From contig CM120641.1 of NCBI GenBank assembly GCA_051362555.1, positions 19,406,001-19,470,000 of the forward strand: a DNA stretch of 64,000 nt. The letters are read 5' to 3'. The first letter of the stretch is position 1; each line of letters begins with the position of its first letter. This document shows, piece by piece, positions 1 to 12,836 of the stretch. The DNA comes from Lingula anatina (lineage: Eukaryota; Animalia; Brachiopoda). The notes beneath the pieces were generated by a model. It did not search any database and had not been told where the DNA came from. It saw only the letters and a list, made by a program, of their open reading frames with translations. Both the position numbers and the translations under genes were made by a program.

Positions 1-720
1 CTTTCAGAGTTCCTACCCCTAGGCGACTTCAGCTTTAATGAACTGTATAATTTTCTTATGGGTGCTCAAGACTTAAATATTCTTAGAATGGTTATGCGTT
101 TTGTAAATAGATGCTTCCAACAAAGGGAACAAACCCTCTCTTATACATTGTACTCTTTTCAGTGTTTGTATTTAAATTCATCGCCTGTAGATTATCATTA
201 CACATTTTATATATATCACTTTATAAACTCATTTATTAGTATTATTATACATTTATCTAATTGGGTCTAAATGCGTTTCCACGTCCTGCAAATTTACGTA
301 TCTGTAGCTGGAGTTGTCTGTTTTACCTCTATGATTGTACTTCGGCCCATTTTTAAACACGTATTCATCTATATCGCATCAAAATCATGTATATTTATTC
401 ATTTACTTATTTGTACTCTGCTATAGTTGTACTGTCTTTGATTGTACCTTAATTATTTGTGAAGGTGTATCAATAAAGAATCCCTAGGGATATAGCATAC
501 ATGTATATTTTCCTAGATATTTTGCTGTAAAACTACATCCTATAAATGTCTCGGCGGCGCCACTCGGAGCTACTCGGATGTCTCCGCACTCGACAATAAG
601 TATGGTTAGTCTGGAGCTTGCGGAATGAGCCGAGGATTGCCGATTGCGGCGGCGCTGGGGGGCGCCATGTTGGATTACTCACTTCCGTCCCGCTGCCGTA
701 TATGATCTAGTGCTGACCAT
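1..720 (-). CDS. 5' end of an unidentified divergent protein-coding gene (exon 1 720-683, exon 2 from 42 running out of the window)
   Basis: Minus strand ATGGTCAGCACTAGA...GGAA|GTGAGTAA (strong donor), joined to acceptor TTATACAG| at 43, gives the open frame MVSTRSYTAAGRNSLKLKSPRGRNSE. Lies in a CpG-richer patch about 590 bp from the ARID4 ATG. Too short to identify the product. Confidence 0.5.
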
Positions 721-1304
721 AGTAAATAAGCTCATAAATATTCATGAGCTTATCAGTGTCTCCAAGATGATGAACTGCAACCCGGTTATCGCCCTTATAA
801 ACATTTTCGTTTCCACTCTGCAATAACTCTGACTTATTAGGGAGCTTTCTTTTAATCTCCTTCATTTTTGTCTTTTGACTCTATTTGAGTTCGGCAGCAG
901 ACGTTTAATTTATCTTATGACCAATGTATTTGGCAAATAAAACACATGGCACATATACGTGTGATCAAAGAAATTAAAAATGTACAATTATTTCTATCAC
1001 CTAACATTCACTTCTTTCTTTACGTCATCCTCTTATTAGTTTTGCTTTTGGTCACTTCCGGCATTTTTTTTTTCGTCCACCATTTTCCTTCGAAGAGAAT
1101 GTTGGGAAAATTTGGTGATCCACGTGACTTTCGTCCAATCAGCTGTGGGGACCCCCAACACAGGTTGTTGTTCATCCTAAAGTCAGAAGGTGTTTACCAT
1201 ACCAGAAAAATTACGATCGAGAACCGTTTTGAATCCATGAGCCAGTTTTTGGCGTGAGGACAGAGTGCAGAGTTCACGAGAGAATCCGACAACCTCTCCG
1301 CACT
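721..1304. promoter_or_regulatory. Putative bidirectional promoter (unidentified gene / ARID4)
   Basis: Lies between two divergent ATG-bearing first exons. Contains ETS-like CACTTCCGG (~1053), E-box CACGTGAC (~1120) and CCAAT boxes (~921, ~1136). Confidence 0.55.
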
Positions 1305-4300
1305 ATGGTCAGTACTGTTTTTATGTCATTATTGTAAACGAATGAGTTCTCCGGTGTTCATTCAATGGCGCTCGCCGATGAGTGTTAAACTTACTATGGG
1401 TGCCGAGTGAATGGTAACTGTCAACCGTTGTTAAAAATGTTAGTTTTTGCACATACGTAGCACCGACGTCATGGTATTCCTTAGAATACTAAGTGAAAAC
1501 GCCTTTCTTTAAAATGCTGAAGTCGTTTTTAACGAAGATATTGTGGCTTGTTTACTTCGGGCAGCCACGTAAATAACAAATTCAGGTAACAATGCCCTTC
1601 ACCTACCTGAACCAGTCTGCCATTTTTGTTATTAAACGATTAATGATTGCAAAGTTTAAAGTCATTTTCTCTATTTACCTTACAGATTACAATAGTTATC
1701 CAGGATGTTGAAAGAATACCTTTTATAAATAATGTCAGCTTTACATTATCATTGCCATTGGTTTGGCTGGTATTGTCAGCTGTTGAGTTTAAAGAAGGGA
1801 AAGGCTGAGCTCAAAAAGTAGATTATCATCTTTATAATCATCCTCTTTGGTTTTCTTAGCCTGTTACTGATCATTACTGGTTCACAGCCAGGCTCTTCAT
1901 AAAAATAAAGTTGTGCAGGTGTGAAAGAGCTGAACTTCCCAAGTATTTCAATGTCATTGGAGAGGTTCTGATGTAATCATGCCTGCTCCTCAATGGAAAT
2001 CATATGAGATAGCCCATGGTCGCTTTACTTACGAGGAAATTTAGTGAGATTTTGCAGAAGGAGATTTGAGTTGGAAATAATGGCAGACAAATGAATTCAG
2101 TGCAAGTATGCATAAAAAACAATAGAATCTAAGTTTTTTTTTCTGTTTTTTCCTGAAGTTCTGTTGAATTATAGTCTTTTGCACTACACTATGCATTCAT
2201 CACATTGTGTTTTACTTTTGTATTGATTCCTAAGGTGGCATTCTCAGCAGATAATGTTTCACTCTTATTAACCACACCTTGCAGATTTGTACATGTTTTC
2301 TAGTCTTCTAGTCATACAGTGACATAAGTCTTGTTGTAGGATGTGTTAAATGGTTTCCATTGAAATACTGGCTCTGCAGATGCCAATGCAGGACAGTTCT
2401 ACAGATTCCAAGACTCTTGGCTAATCTATCTCAGTGTAATGTGAGGACTTATTCTGCTCCATACTCAGAAAAACTGGCATCCATGTTGTCCACAGCCTTT
2501 TTGCCATGAAGTGCTGATATAGGTGTGAAATATATTTCTTTTGTTGTTATATGCTTTTCATAAATCCATTAGTAAAAGTGTTGATTTTATGTCATTTTTA
2601 AATAATTTACCAAAATCTTTTCTTGTAGGCTGCCTCGGAACCTCCATATTTACCTGTAGGAACAGAAGTGAGTGCGAAGTACAGAGGAGCATATTGTGAA
2701 GCTAAAATTAACAAGGTGACAAGATGTGTGAAATGCAAAGTAAGTGTAATAGGTTTTAAATCTTGTTGAATTGAAATAATGATTTTGGAATGGTTGTTCA
2801 TTTTAAGGGTCCAAAAATAAAAGAGTAGCAATGTAAGAAAAGTATCTCAACATTCCATGTCTTTTATCACAGGTCAACTGATGTACGTCACATTTTACTT
2901 TTTTATTTTTGTTTTTCATTTGTTCTGGAGCATATTGCAATGAATAACAGATCTTTGTCTAATGTTACCAAGTCAGTTCCCTCTACACCTCTGATTTGCC
3001 ATAAAGAAATGAACTTGTTCAGTCAGTTTGTTATGTGTGGTGTGTGGTGTGTGGGAGAGAGAAAGAGAGATGTGAAAGGTTATTAGATATATGCTGCCAT
3101 CTGCTCAATGTGTGCATGTTTTTTTTTATAGATTTCAGTAAAAGATAACAGTGCTTTGATGTTTGTCTCTGATGATGCTGTAAAAGGACCACTGAAGGTG
3201 AAAACATTTTCCTTATTTGTTAGAATGATAGGGCATTGTGATATGTAGATTGTTGAATAGACATTTGCATGCTCACTTGTTCAGATTCATCTTTGAGGTT
3301 TATTTACTTGCTCTTCTTTATCAGATATATACAAACTGTTTATGCCAGCATATCTTACATAGTGCCAATGCCAACTGCAGAATGAAAAAAAAATCTGTGA
3401 ATTCCGCAAGTATATTCAATATCAGAAACATTAAGCATGAACATTTTGCAGATTGTTTCATTTTGACAGTAAGAGTTCATTCAGCTTTTCATCATTGATA
3501 TTTATGTATTTTTACAATGTCGTGTTTGTTAATGTTCTTGACTTAACCTCATTGGTTTGGAGTTAAGGGTAGCTTATAAGTATATTTAGTAATCAGTATT
3601 TGCTGCTTAGGAAAATTAGTTGCTGGACCAAAGGTCCAGCCTTCTTAAAAAGTAGCTGGATGGGAAAACTTCTCCTCCCTTTCTGAAAGTTGTCGACCCC
3701 GGGCAGATGGTCTAGTCTTAATTTCTAACACTGATGGTAATGTTACTAGGTTGGAGCAGCAGTTGAAGTCAAGCAACCAGATAGTGAGCAACATGTTGAA
3801 GGGACCATACTTTCCATGAAAGATTCTAGTACATACCATGTTGGTAAGTTGTTTTTATGACTTAAAATTAGATGTGAAAACAGTATTAGTAGGAAAGTGA
3901 TGTTTGTTGCATTGAAAATATTCATGGAGAGACTAACATTATTGTGTTCCAAATTCATTTAAGTCTATGAAGATATGCATATTTGAGTTACAAGGTCATG
4001 TTTTCATTTTTTTAACAGTAAGTTTTTTTTTTCCTCTCATATTAGTGTTTGATGATGGAGACCAAGCTACCCTGAGGAGAACTCAGTTGTGTTTGAAGGG
4101 AGAGAAGCACTTTATTGAAAGTGAAGTAAGTTTTGCTTAAGATTTCAAGTTTTAAATTATTATAGTTCTTTTTTTTAAAAATAGCTTTATCATTTTTGGT
4201 ATATATTAAAGATGCATACAATTTACAATTATTTGAGTTGTATAAGAAACTAGTAGAAGTGGTTTACATGTGTTACTGGAAATCCATGCTCCACCGATGC

Positions 4301-7300
4301 TCGGTTCGTATGTACCTTTAAATTTTTATGAATGCAAAATATTTGAAATATTAATGGAGATTGCAATATTTAACTTGTACGTGGGATTGTTCTTCATATG
4401 AAAGTGTTTTGTTGTAGACTCTAGACCAGCTTCCCCTTACCCACCCAGAGCATTTTGGCACTCCTGTTATGAATTCCAAGAAAAACAGAAAAGGCAGGTC
4501 ACAAAAGGGGTGAGTACCTTGCACAAAGGGAAATTTGATCAAATTTTCTAGGTATTACACTTGAACAAAATTCATACTTTATATCTTATTGAATAAACCT
4601 ATGCAAATGTAAAATATTTATCTTCTCAAGTTATCTGCATTATATTCTGCATCACTGTTTATATTCTAGTGATGAAACTGAGAGTGAAAGTGAAGAGGAG
4701 AGTCCCAGCAAGCGTCCAGCCACAAAGCCCAAGTCTGATGACTGGGTTGGTAAGGTGGTGTGTATCGAGTCGGGAGACAAGAAGAAGCCATCCTGGTTTC
4801 CAGCCTTAGTGGTTAAGCCAGGGGCACACAACACAGAACTCAAAGGAAGAACACAGATTTTGGTTCGATCTTTCAAAGATAATAAATTGTAAGTGTGTTT
4901 TTTAGCAAGAAAATTGATTTGTTTAAAGTTGGGGCCATTTATCAGTACAAAAACTAAATTACATTATATTTTGTTTGCCATGCAGGTGTATCACCTGAGC
5001 TTATCTGTCCTAGTTACACTTCAGTATTATTTGTATTTTTACAAAGTTTGAATGTGCCTCTTATATTTATACTTTGAATATGATAGTTTCATTTCCTGAA
5101 GAGAAACAATTTGAAAGAACCGTTTGTAAAGTTAATCTTATATTCCTTATATTGTTATGGTTTATAGTCTTTAGGTTTTTACCTTCTCTTTTATTGCAAT
5201 ATAATTCATCTTTGTATTGGCTCATTTTGATACAGTTCTGCTGTCACAAAGAAGGATGCAAAGGATTTCACAAGTTCACTGGTCACAAAGAATGAGGACA
5301 AGTCCCTGAAGGTTGCCCTGGAAAAAGCCCAGTTATATTTGGACAAAAGAGAGCTGCCCCAGAGCTGGGATAAGGATGCTTTGGTGGGGTCCGACAGTGA
5401 GTCTGAAGAGAGTTCTGAAGAGGTAAATATGGTTTAAATGCAGTCTATGAGCACAAAACCATTATATAGCCAGATAAAAATTATACTAATAATGCTCTAT
5501 ACAGCAATTTATGGTCTTTTGTTCTCAAAGAGCCTTTAACATGATTGCTTTTAATTCAGAAATTCATAGCTGAACAAAGCTGACAACTGTAGTTAATGTA
5601 AGTGCTTAAATTGTTTAAGCTATTTGTTACATTCTACCAATTTAAAGTGAAATTGAATTTTGGATGTTTTGCAGTCTTCTGATGATGAACCTAGTGAAGA
5701 AAAGGACAGATTTGTGGCACAGTTATACAAATTTATGGATGATAGAGGTGAGATTTTATATGCTATATGAGTGACATAACTTTGAAAAAAACTAAGTTAT
5801 ATCCTTAAGTTTTACTGCTTTTCATTTAGCATGTTGGTAGAAGAGTAATCAGGTAATAAGTTATGCCACTTTTACATTATTAACAGGCACTCCTATCAAC
5901 AAAGCCCCATGTCTTGGTAGCAAGGACTTGAGCTTGTACAAGCTGTTTAAGGTTGTACAGAATTATGGTGGCTACAACAAGGTGACCAGTCAGTTGAAAT
6001 GGAGACTGATTTACTCCAAGATGGGCCTTCCTCCAAGTAACAGTGCTTCTTCTCAGATACAGCAAGCATATAAAAGGTATTAGTAGGAGCATATTAACAC
6101 GAATTTAACAACACTCTTGTATGTCACCAAATTAAATTCACCAAAAAAACAAACAAACAAAAAAACAAGAGTAACCCCTTTGTTAACCAATACTTTGTGG
6201 TTTTAGGTATCTGCATGCCTTTGAGGATTTTTACCGCAAACTTGGAAGCAGTATGGGTACCATCAGTAGGCCAAGCAGAAGCAGGAATAGTTCAGGAAGA
6301 GGTGGATTTCTGTCATTTAGGGAGAGAGAAAGAGAAACTCCAAGATCACCAAAAAGAGATGACAAAACTGTAATTAGTTTAATGGTCTTTTTGTGCTGAA
6401 ATTGTTTTATTAATCATCACATTGTTAATGTTGGAATTTAAAATATTAATTTCAATTTCAGATTAAATATTTGTACTGGAAATATTCTTTTGGTAACTTT
6501 GGTATATCTTATGCAAAGAGTCATTTTATCCCAAATCAGTGAAGAAGTATTTTAAGAAATCGTACTTTTTCTGTAGCCAACTTAAATTGATTTTATTATT
6601 TGACAATTTAACTTTTATTTTGCTTTTCTCTCAGAATAGATTTTTGAAATTGTGTCATTTATCACTTCCAGAATGTCAAAGACCAAGATAAGATGAAAAC
6701 AAAGGATATCAATTTGGAAAAAACTCCAGTGAAAGAAACTGATGCTGAGAAACAAAAGGAGAAAGCTCAGCCCATTGTCAAAAAAGCTGACAAAGAGGAA
6801 AAGGAAGAAAGTGAAGTGCCAAGGAAAGAAACCAGAGGTCGAAGGCTATCCAAAGCTGTTGAGGCAGAGGAGGACAGTCCAAAGAAGCGAATATCAAGGT
6901 CAGATTCTCGGGCACAAATTGAAAATAAGAAAACTGAGCCAGATGACAAGCGAAGCACAAGGTCAGACAAACAAGAACCTGCTGAGAAGAAGAAAGATGA
7001 AAAGAAAACTCCAGTGACCAAGTCAGAAAGCAAGTTTACCAAGCCTGAACCCAGACCAGACAGTCCCAGGCGAGGACGTCCTCGCTTACTTGACAAGAAG
7101 AGCCCTAAAACCAGTAAAACGGATACAGAGTCAGATGCAGACAGTGTGAAGACTGATATTGACAAGGACGAAGAAAAGGATGAAGTGCGTGAAAAGAGGG
7201 TGAGTAATAAAATCTGACTCAAGTTGTGCACAATGAATAAATGTATCAGAAGAACACATTCACACTTTGATTGCTTTCTTATTAGTCTATGGAAATTTAC

Positions 7301-10300
7301 TGGTTCTCAGTAAAAGGTGGGAAATGCACACATAAATGTTACAGTGGGAACATTTTTCAGGATTGCTAAATATTTAATTATTTTTAGGGACGAAGGAAAT
7401 CCAGCCGGCTAGATGATGAAGATAGCAAGGATGGTAAAGAAGAGGAGAGTAGCAACACAAGATCTAAGAAAACTGCAGAAGAAAAAAGCAAAAAGGCGGA
7501 AACAGAATCTAAGAAAAAGTAATGTATATTCTTAAATATAAAAATGATAACAGTTAGAAAGAAGAACTAAAATAATAATATCTCAAGGAATAAAAATTAT
7601 TTTATATACCAAAGAATGTATGCTTATAGATTTTAATAAAAGTTTAACGTACATTTTCAGTTGAAAGACAATTATTGTCCTTCATCTTTTTGAAAAGTTG
7701 ATCAAAGGCTGATTGTCTATAACTGTATTGCATGGTGTTTTCCATTTATTACAGTGAAGAGAAAGCTAGTAAAGTTAAAAAGGAAGCAGAAGATGAATGT
7801 GAGAGTTCGGGCAAAAATGATGACCCTTCCATCTTGTTCCCTATTGGCACTAGGGTCAAGGTCAAATATGGAAAAGGCAAAAATCAGAAGGTTTATGAAG
7901 CCAAGGTACAATATCTTTATAATGAAAAATGATTTTAAATGACAGTAATTTTAAGTGAATGTGATGAAGAATAAAACCTATTGTTTCTTTGATTGCAAAA
8001 ATATCACAGAAATTAAATATCACATTTGGATTGTTCTTGTTAAAAGTGCTCAGAGTTTCTCCCTTATTTCTTCTCAGGTGACAGATGTTGATAAGGAGGA
8101 CAGTCAGCGCATTTACTGTGTCCACTATTCAGGGTGGAATATTAGGTATGGCCAAGAGGGGATATAATTTACAATGAAATTTACCTAAATCTCTTCAAAT
8201 ATTTTATGAAGAACACAAAACCTTTAATATTCAAATCTTCCAGACTATGAAAGAAAGGTCTTTTACACAAAGAAACACAGCTGTTAAATATGTGCACAGC
8301 ATTATGTTTTTCAGTTTTAGACTGGAATTCAGATTAAATCTCAATTTATAAAGCTTGGCTTCAAAATAGTTCAGCTTATGACACAAATGCAATGATTTTT
8401 TATTAACCTTAAGGTATGATGAATGGATCAAAAAGGAACGTTTAGTGTGTGCTGTGGAGAAAAAAGATGGTAAGAAGAATCCTCCCAAACCAGCTAGTGT
8501 AGAGCGTTCTAGTCCTAAGCCCTCTCGCTCCGACAGTCCAATAACCTCGGCAACACCTCCAGGTTCTGCATCACCAGCATCTGGCCAGGTAGGTAGTCTT
8601 ACTTGTTGCAGGGAGGGAGGGGTCCAGATGTAGTTCTTCCATGGTTTGTAGTGAAAATATATCTTTTAGTAGTAAGCTGTCCGTTATTACAAATATAATC
8701 AGAATTTGCCTTATGTATTTCCAAATTGTAAGATTTACTGATAAGGCAAGAATAACATTAGCCATGGAGAAGTGTGAACTTCTAAACCTGTTTTATATCT
8801 ATTTATTATTTGGAGAAACTTCAGCTCAAAGTTTTTTTGCATTAGTGAGACATTTTTTTATTTATTATTATTATTATTTTTTTTTTTCAATTTTTGTTAA
8901 GATGTTGAAAAGTCAATTCCAACAAATAAACATTAAGATCGAGGCTGAGACTGGAATGTAATGGCTACTTAACTTCAAGTTTTTCACTTTTTCAAGTCGT
9001 CATCCTTATCAAAGAAGCGTGGTCGACCTGGAGCTGTTGGCAATGACAGGCCAGATAGGCACACTTCACCTGTCGCCACTTCTACTACTGAAGCGAGAAT
9101 GTCCCGCAGTCGGTCTCCTGCCTCAGCTGGAGTGAAGGCTCCGAGACCAACAAGGTCAACTAGTATAGATAATCCACTGGTGGATGGATTGCCTCGTAAG
9201 TACTAAGCAAACCATGATGAAAGTTTAATAGAATTTTTGTTCTATGTGCCATTCTGATTGTTTTTAATGGGTCTTTTAGCTCTTTGCTTGATACTCTAGT
9301 ACTCTTCCTCAACTTTTAGGGTGTCAACTAAAGCTCATTGCAGTTTGATTTATAAATACATAAAAAATGGTTTTTATATTTTGCAATTTGATTTGGCGCA
9401 AAAGGTATTTGACATAAGGCGGCTCATTAGAATTACAGGAAGATGTTTATTTATTTATTTTTTGTTATAGCAAGAAGAAGGGGTAGGAGAAGCTCTGGTT
9501 ACACAGAATCATCTGAACAGCTGTCACTGGGTTAGTATAAAGCATTTCATTGAAGATTTATTGCCACTGGAATTTGTTAGTTATTCCTAATATGAAAGTG
9601 CTTCAGATTTTCTCATTTGTAATTTCTATATGTATGAGAAGGTAGTGCCAGAGAAACCATGCCCACTTTTTTTCAGAGAAAAAAACATTTTTTTGTTTTC
9701 TTTTTTATGTAGCATATTTTAAATTCCAATTTATTTAATTGCATTTTATTTTTGCTCAGTGTCTGGAGAAGAAGATGGGAATATTTCTGATGAAGATGAG
9801 AGGGAGGAGATTTCTACCACCAACAAAGCCACCAATAAATCTTCTTTACCAACTCAAGAGGACCCTGTGGAAGACAAGTACAAATTTGATGAAGTTGATG
9901 AAGCCACCATAAAAATTGAGCCACTTCAGCATGTTCCTAAACGTGTAGAGCCAAACAAAGCCAAAATAGAGATACTGGAACCATCAAAAGTTAAAGAGAA
10001 GAAGCATGAAGAAATGACTACTGTTCCAATGAAAGCAAAAGATGCCAAAGCCATCAACATTCACAAAGAAAGTGAGACAGCAATGATATCTGGGCCAGAG
10101 CAGCAAAAGAAGATTTTACCAGAAGAAAAAACCAGAAGCCATCAACAAATTATATCTACAAAGAGTGAAGAAAAAGATGTTGAAGAGTCTCAAATCAAGA
10201 CACGTGATAGATCTCCCAGCAAAGTTTCCACAGAATTAAAGGTGGATGCAATGGAGACTGATGCAGCCAAGCCTGAGAAGAAGGAAACCAAGGCGAAGGG

Positions 10301-12836
10301 GAAAAGGAAAGAACCAGAAACTGATAAATCAATGAAACCTACAACAAAAAGGAGACGTACATCTTCGGAATCTAAGAAAGAAGACCCCAGAGAAGAAGAA
10401 GCAACAGCTGTGAAACCCAGTGTTATCAAAGAGGAATTAGAAAACAATGAACAAAAGTTCGAAGAGTCTGCCAAATCATCCGAGGAAGATCAAGGTGGGA
10501 AATCTGATACCAGTAATAAGTCAGACAAGAAGAAGAAAAAGGATACTAAGACCAAGGAAGATAAACCAAAAACAGAACAAGACATCAGTAAAAAAGATAA
10601 AACACAAAAGACCATTAAGACTGAAAAGACTGAGTTTGTTACACAGCAAACTCAAGAGAATGAGGAAGAAAAATCCACTAAGAAAAAAGGAAAAAAGAAG
10701 AAAGCAAAACAAGACACTGAAGAAAAGGTCAAAGCAGAAGAAAATAAGGTAACAGAAAAGGCTGAAACAGTTGCAATCAGTGAATCAAAGGATGTGATAA
10801 ACAGTGCTGAAAATGACAGGTTAGCAGTGGCAACTTTGCTGGCCCAGGCTTTACCAGTGGAACATAACAAAGTGGAGTGGACAAACACTGAACCAAATTC
10901 CCCCAAACCCTCCACAAGTGGTACACTCCAAGCTTTGTCAAATGCAGCTGCTGGAGTGGCATCTGCTTATTCGCCAGCAGCAGCAGTTCCTTCCAGAGTA
11001 AGAGCAGAAACCCCTGAGAAGGTATCTGCACCCAATGTTTTGCTGGAGAACACCCCACCCATTACTCCCGAAGGATCACCCAGGGGTGAACACGGCGTGG
11101 GTGAAAGTCAGCTGAATAAGAACAGAAACCTTCCACAGGCAGAAGAGAGCATGGATACCTTGGATGGAGAAGGAAGTGCCATTACTAAAGGGAGCGAATC
11201 TCCACACAGTTCTATTGGGTCTAATGAGGCTGGAGGCTCCAGTGATAACATTACTGGCTCGGAAACCAGTGTTGAGCCCACAGGGAGTAAACGGAAGCAT
11301 GTGTCTGAAGAGACAACTTCCTCAAAGAAGAGAAAAAGGAGTAAAAGACAGGCAGCGAAGGCAAAGCAGGGTAAGTGTGCAGGTGTCATGAAGGGAGGGA
11401 ATGTGAAACTATTGTGTGTTTATATTTTTGTGTATAAAGTTATGCAGTGCAAGCTCAGATGCTGACTGAAGTGCATATAACGGATATATGCATTTTCAGT
11501 TTAATTAATAAGTTTATATATATATACTTGTTAGATATTGTGGCAGATGTCAGCATTAAAAAAATTTCTTATGAGTTGAAGTATTTGTTGTGCTGTGATG
11601 CTGTAATATAATATGCCTGTGCTAATTGTAGGGGTTGAACTACCAAGTTGCTGACATCTTGATTGCCCCAATCTTAAATTGTACCTACTCCCTGCACACA
11701 TTATTTTGTTTGCACTGTGTGTAAAGGAGAGGAAATGTCAGAATTACTCAAACTCCTTGCTGAAGAAAATTGAATATTATATTGTGAATAGGAAATCACA
11801 TGAACCATTTACTGGTGTGATAAGAAATCTCGATTCATTTTCATTGCAGCTGCTAGTGATAGTGATGAAGCAGTGACAACAGAGAGTGTGGCACTGACAA
11901 GCCCAACATCCAGCACAGGATCTTCCATACGAGCTTCCCCTACCAAACGCACAGAGACAGCAGGCAGACGACCAAGATCACCAAACAGACCTTCCAAATA
12001 CAATTTTAATCTGGGTGAGATTTGTTATAGCTTTGCATCAGTCTAAGAAAAAAAAGGATCAGAAGTACAGCATACAGTTTTGCTTTGGTTAATTTTGTTG
12101 CTTTTGTTATGCTGTGATTACAATTTATTTTATCAGAATAATTCTTTGAAAGTTTGGTATTTTGTGTAACACGTTAGTTTACCATATGAAATGTGAAGGA
12201 GCACATTGTTGAATAAGACTTAATTATTCTATCAAAACTTATTAATTCCAAGGATTCGGTCAGTCTTATAATGAATTAGCTTTTACTGTAATTGATTGAA
12301 TGTAATTTTTTGATATTTTGCTTCATTTTGTACAGAGGTTGGAGCAGATTTAGAGGGAGAGAGCAGAATCAACTTTTTACAAGAAAAGCTTCAGGAAATT
12401 CGCAAAATTTACATGTCCCTGAAGTCTGAGGTGGCCTCTATCGACAGAAAAAGAAAGAAGCTAAAAAGAAGAGAGAAAGAAGGTATGTGATCAGTTTGTC
12501 CATCAAGTCTTGTTTTAGGAAATTATATTTTGACCACATTTAAATTGTGGATTAGCTCAATACAATAACAAAAAATGAAAGTTGCACTTAAAAATGACCC
12601 ACATGCACAATATCAATCATTTCCTGCTTTTGTTCTCTACTTATTGGCTATGTATTGTGTTTTCTTGTATCACCAAGTATTAAAGACAGAAATGATAAAA
12701 ATGTTTTTTTTCTGTAGCTCATGACAAACAAGAGCAGCAAGAAAACCCAGAACCCGTATCATCATCCCAAGGGACACAGCAACAAGTGCAGAAAGAACAA
12801 GAGCAAATTAATCTCAATGAAACATTGTGTTCATAG
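1305..12836 (+). CDS. ARID4: AT-rich interactive domain-containing protein 4A/4B orthologue (Tudor, RBB1NT, ARID, chromo-barrel, C-terminal coiled coil)
   Basis: Exons ~1305-1307 (ATG only), 2629-2739, 3132-3197, 3750-3844, 4046-4125, 4418-4509, 4670-4888, 5236-5422, 5675-5747, 5887-6076, 6207-6369, 6672-7199, 7388-7518, 7755-7905, 8078-8145, 8414-8588, 8997-9195, 9471-9530, 9760-11370, 11850-12014, 12336-12482, 12718-12836. Diagnostic peptides: [27 protein letters not shown]; [44 protein letters not shown]; [37 protein letters not shown]; chromo [14 protein letters not shown]; [33 protein letters not shown] introns. Confidence 0.96.

Noticed and set aside
606-668. Minus-strand ATG in strong context (CAACATGGCG) as a gene start
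   Set aside because: The frame closes after 20 codons (MAPPSAAAIGNPRLIPQAPD*) with no donor; better read as a YY1-like motif in intron 1 of the divergent gene.
8146-8413. Possible U12 intron in ARID4 (TATTAACC close to an AAG acceptor)
   Set aside because: The donor is GTATGG, not RTATCCT, so it is treated as U2.
6767-11389. Several antisense and alternate-frame ORFs over the large ARID4 exons
   Set aside because: They are shadows of low-complexity Lys/Glu/Ser-rich coding sequence with no independent signals.
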